The notes beneath the pieces were generated by a model that saw only the letters and a program-made list of their open reading frames with translations, did not search any database and was not told the DNA's origin. Source: Lingula anatina (taxonomy: Eukaryota; Animalia; Brachiopoda). From it: DNA of 64,000 nucleotides. Positions 61,239-64,000 of the stretch are shown in pieces. The translations under genes and the position numbers were made by a program. The DNA lies in the NCBI GenBank assembly GCA_051362555.1, contig CM120642.1:9858001-9922000 (forward strand), written 5' to 3'. Position 1 is the stretch's first letter; each line of letters starts with the position of its first letter.

Positions 61239-62630
61239 CTGAATCGTTCTTACTTCCCAAGAGAGCAAACAGACTGCCTACCTAACACAAATATCTCATC
61301 TTCTTCCTTTATACATACCTGTCAAAGATCTATGCAAAAAAAGCACCGGTGTAACAAAACTGAGGGTCAGTGTATCAGAAAGTCCGCCTTCCATTTAGTT
61401 ATAATGGTTAGGGTTAGCCTGACCTCAGTGGGTCAAAATCGAAGGCGAGGCTTACCTGTACAAATGAATGGGAAGCGGACTCTCTATCATGGAGGACTCT
61501 GTGTCAAGTGCCATCGGCCAAATAAAGACTTAAGTTAAGATATTGATAAAGCAGCGACTGCAATTCATTAAAAAGATTTACTCACGAATAGTTGGAGCCT
61601 GCAGGATAAACGTCGCAAGCAGAGACGTTGTTGTTCCCGGCGGCTGCCACTGGGATAGCTTTCTGTGTATACAGATAATGATTGAATTAACCCTTTTTTG
61701 GGAAATAAATCAGTACGTTTGGCTAAAAATGCATAAAAGTAACTGTAAAAATAACATAGCGCGCAACCAGAGTAAAAGAATAATCAATGACAGTTTATTC
61801 CTAAAATGTCAAATTATTTTTCTTTTTTGCATAATTAATTCCAAATCAATTTTAAAATGCATGATGTTGTTTTGAAGTAAGCTTAAGAAGTAAGTTCTGT
61901 ACTTACGAATTTCTCGACGAATTTCTGCATTTCGTCACTGATTGCAATCGAATACTCATTTGTTGTTACGGATAAGCTGAAAATTCATATACATGTAAGT
62001 ATAAGTATATGTAATACTGAAAATTCATAAAACAATTCTCATTTAAATAGGTCCTGTCAATAGTGAAAGGTAAAACTAGCAACATATTCTCAAAAACAAA
62101 AATAGATAAATAAAAATGAAAAAATATATATATAAAGAAAGAAAAGAAAAATAAGAAACTAACTCTTACTTGATTACTGATTTAGATCCGTGGGTGGAAT
62201 CTGCACCTTCGCCCGTCAGTCTACTAGCTATGTAATCTAGCCCACAGAGTAGAGTGCTGAAATACCAAATAAACAAAACACGGCACAGTTGAGCTAATTA
62301 ATAGAGGTGGACCTCAATACACGAACTTTTTTCTTTTTTCTTTTCACATAGAAAGAAAATTAATATATGCTCGTCGATATTTAGTTTCTTACTTAATTAT
62401 AAATTATCAGAGAACTAAAACTGTAGGGGTGATAGGGGTGATTTAATGGTGATATTACTAGATGTCTCCGGATCCATTTTCGTCTAGAATCTTCACTGCA
62501 TTCAAAATGCTGCCCTTGCTAACAGAAGCTATCAGTCCTGAATCACAAAAAAGAACCACTTAGAAAACCAACTTTAGTTCATATGCAACAGTTGGACTTA
62601 TATAAATATTGTTTGTATGCTATTTTTTAA

Positions 62631-62688
<58 letters not shown>

Positions 62689-62715
62689 AGTGAGGGCGCA
62701 CGTGCGTGCGTGCGT
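62631..62715. repeat. Compound (CT)n(GT)n(GCGT)n microsatellite
   Basis: Read directly from the sequence. Confidence 0.9.
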
Positions 62716-63136
62716 TCTACATGTACTGTGTGCCGTGTGTTATGAGCAGGGTCTTACCTGCTACTATAGAGCCGTGTCCATGGGTATCAGGAACGATCCA
62801 GGTGTTCGTATTGCCATCCACGCAGTTGTGCGCCTAAAATAATCCAAATCAATTCTATGTTACTCTTTTTCAATCAATAAATAGAAAAATACATGAATAC
62901 ATGAATGGTCCAAGGAAGAAATATGGAAATAAAGACTGAATACTGCGGCAAAACTTAACAAATTTTTATCATAAGGGCCCTTGGTGTTTTAAACTGAAGA
63001 ATATCCCGTGACAAAGGGTCCACCTCTAATTGGTTTGCACAGCTACATGGCCCCGTCCTAAATTTTGACCCGTACGATTCTAATGGGGGGGAGCATGCTG
63101 TCTTTTACATGTACAAGGACTCTCAGTTTCTTTACA

Positions 63137-63309
63137 CCGGTGTGACAGGAATGGCTGTCCACTAGGAACAGTAGTCCGTTTCCCATTATTTTGTACAGGT
63201 GACATTCGTCCCATGAACTAACCCAAATAATTTGACTAACCCTAATCTGCCCTATTCATATGGGACACCAAACGTCCATTACTGGGACTACCATTCCTGT
63301 CACACCTGG
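63137..63309. mobile_element. MITE with (CC)GGTGTGACAGGAATGG termini
   Basis: Perfect 16-bp inverted repeat ggtgtgacaggaatgg (63139-63154) and ccattcctgtcacacc (63291-63306). Confidence 0.7.
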
Positions 63310-63708
63310 CTTCCATTTCTAGGACTTCTATACTCTCTACTAGAGGTCTTTTAGCTATTACAAAGTTCCAGATAACTACATGCAATTTTGTAACACGTAG
63401 AAAACCTCTGGTAGAGAATAGGTCTACCTTTTTCATTTCTACCTACTATAACGTGACAAGACAATAGATTAAATCTGACACTGGAATAATAAATCCTTCA
63501 CTCACCCATTTCACTCTGTTTTGAAAACCCCTGTGGTCTCGATTTATCCCACTTTACAGCAAATTGGGAAAGAGAAAAAAAAGTTATATTATCAATCAGA
63601 AAACCACGAACATCTAGTTAATCGCTTCATTGTATTTTCTACCGTTAATCCCCACTCATTGCATTTTAAAATCTAACACGTGACATGTAATCCATCTAAA
63701 ATTATTAC

Positions 63709-63740
<32 letters not shown>

Positions 63741-64000
63741 ATATATTAACATGTATATTTAAAAAAGACAACTTACGTATCCAGAACAAAAACGTCTACT
63801 GGTGACCTGAATTCTGTTGAAGATAACGAAAAGATTAAAGGCGACACTCAATCAGATCAAATCAATGTATGTATTGTAGTATTTTAACATGCAATAAGCA
63901 TATAGCTACTTGACGGTTTCACGTCAAACTAATCTTAACATCTCACGCACGCACACACGCACGCACACTCACTCAAAGAACTCCCAATAATTCTGACCCT

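Overview
This is AT-rich animal genomic DNA with spliceosomal introns. The repeat landscape suggests a marine invertebrate, probably a lophotrochozoan or mollusc (inference). From 5' to 3' it holds: (1) the end of a near-identical ~1.34-kb tandem array (1-~7145). Each unit carries two minus-strand, structured, Pol III-type (A-box/B-box/oligo-T) small-RNA gene candidates of ~95 nt and ~205 nt. This is the most interesting unexplained system here. (2) The last two exons of a CTHRC1-like gene. (3) A complete 4-exon EMC7 gene whose intron 2 contains a 3.9-kb Helentron/HINE-type element with a nested MITE, a 5' duplication and a 146-bp satellite with higher-order structure. (4) An uninterrupted orphan ORF starting with MGCGSS, a lipidation-type N-terminus, just downstream of a TIR element. 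(5) A two-coding-exon gene for a ~2490-aa repetitive, mostly disordered protein with a ~5.8-kb exon. (6) Several non-autonomous DNA transposons (Kolobok-like, piggyBac-like nested in Kolobok-like, Harbinger-like, small MITEs). All coordinates were read by eye and no database searches were run.
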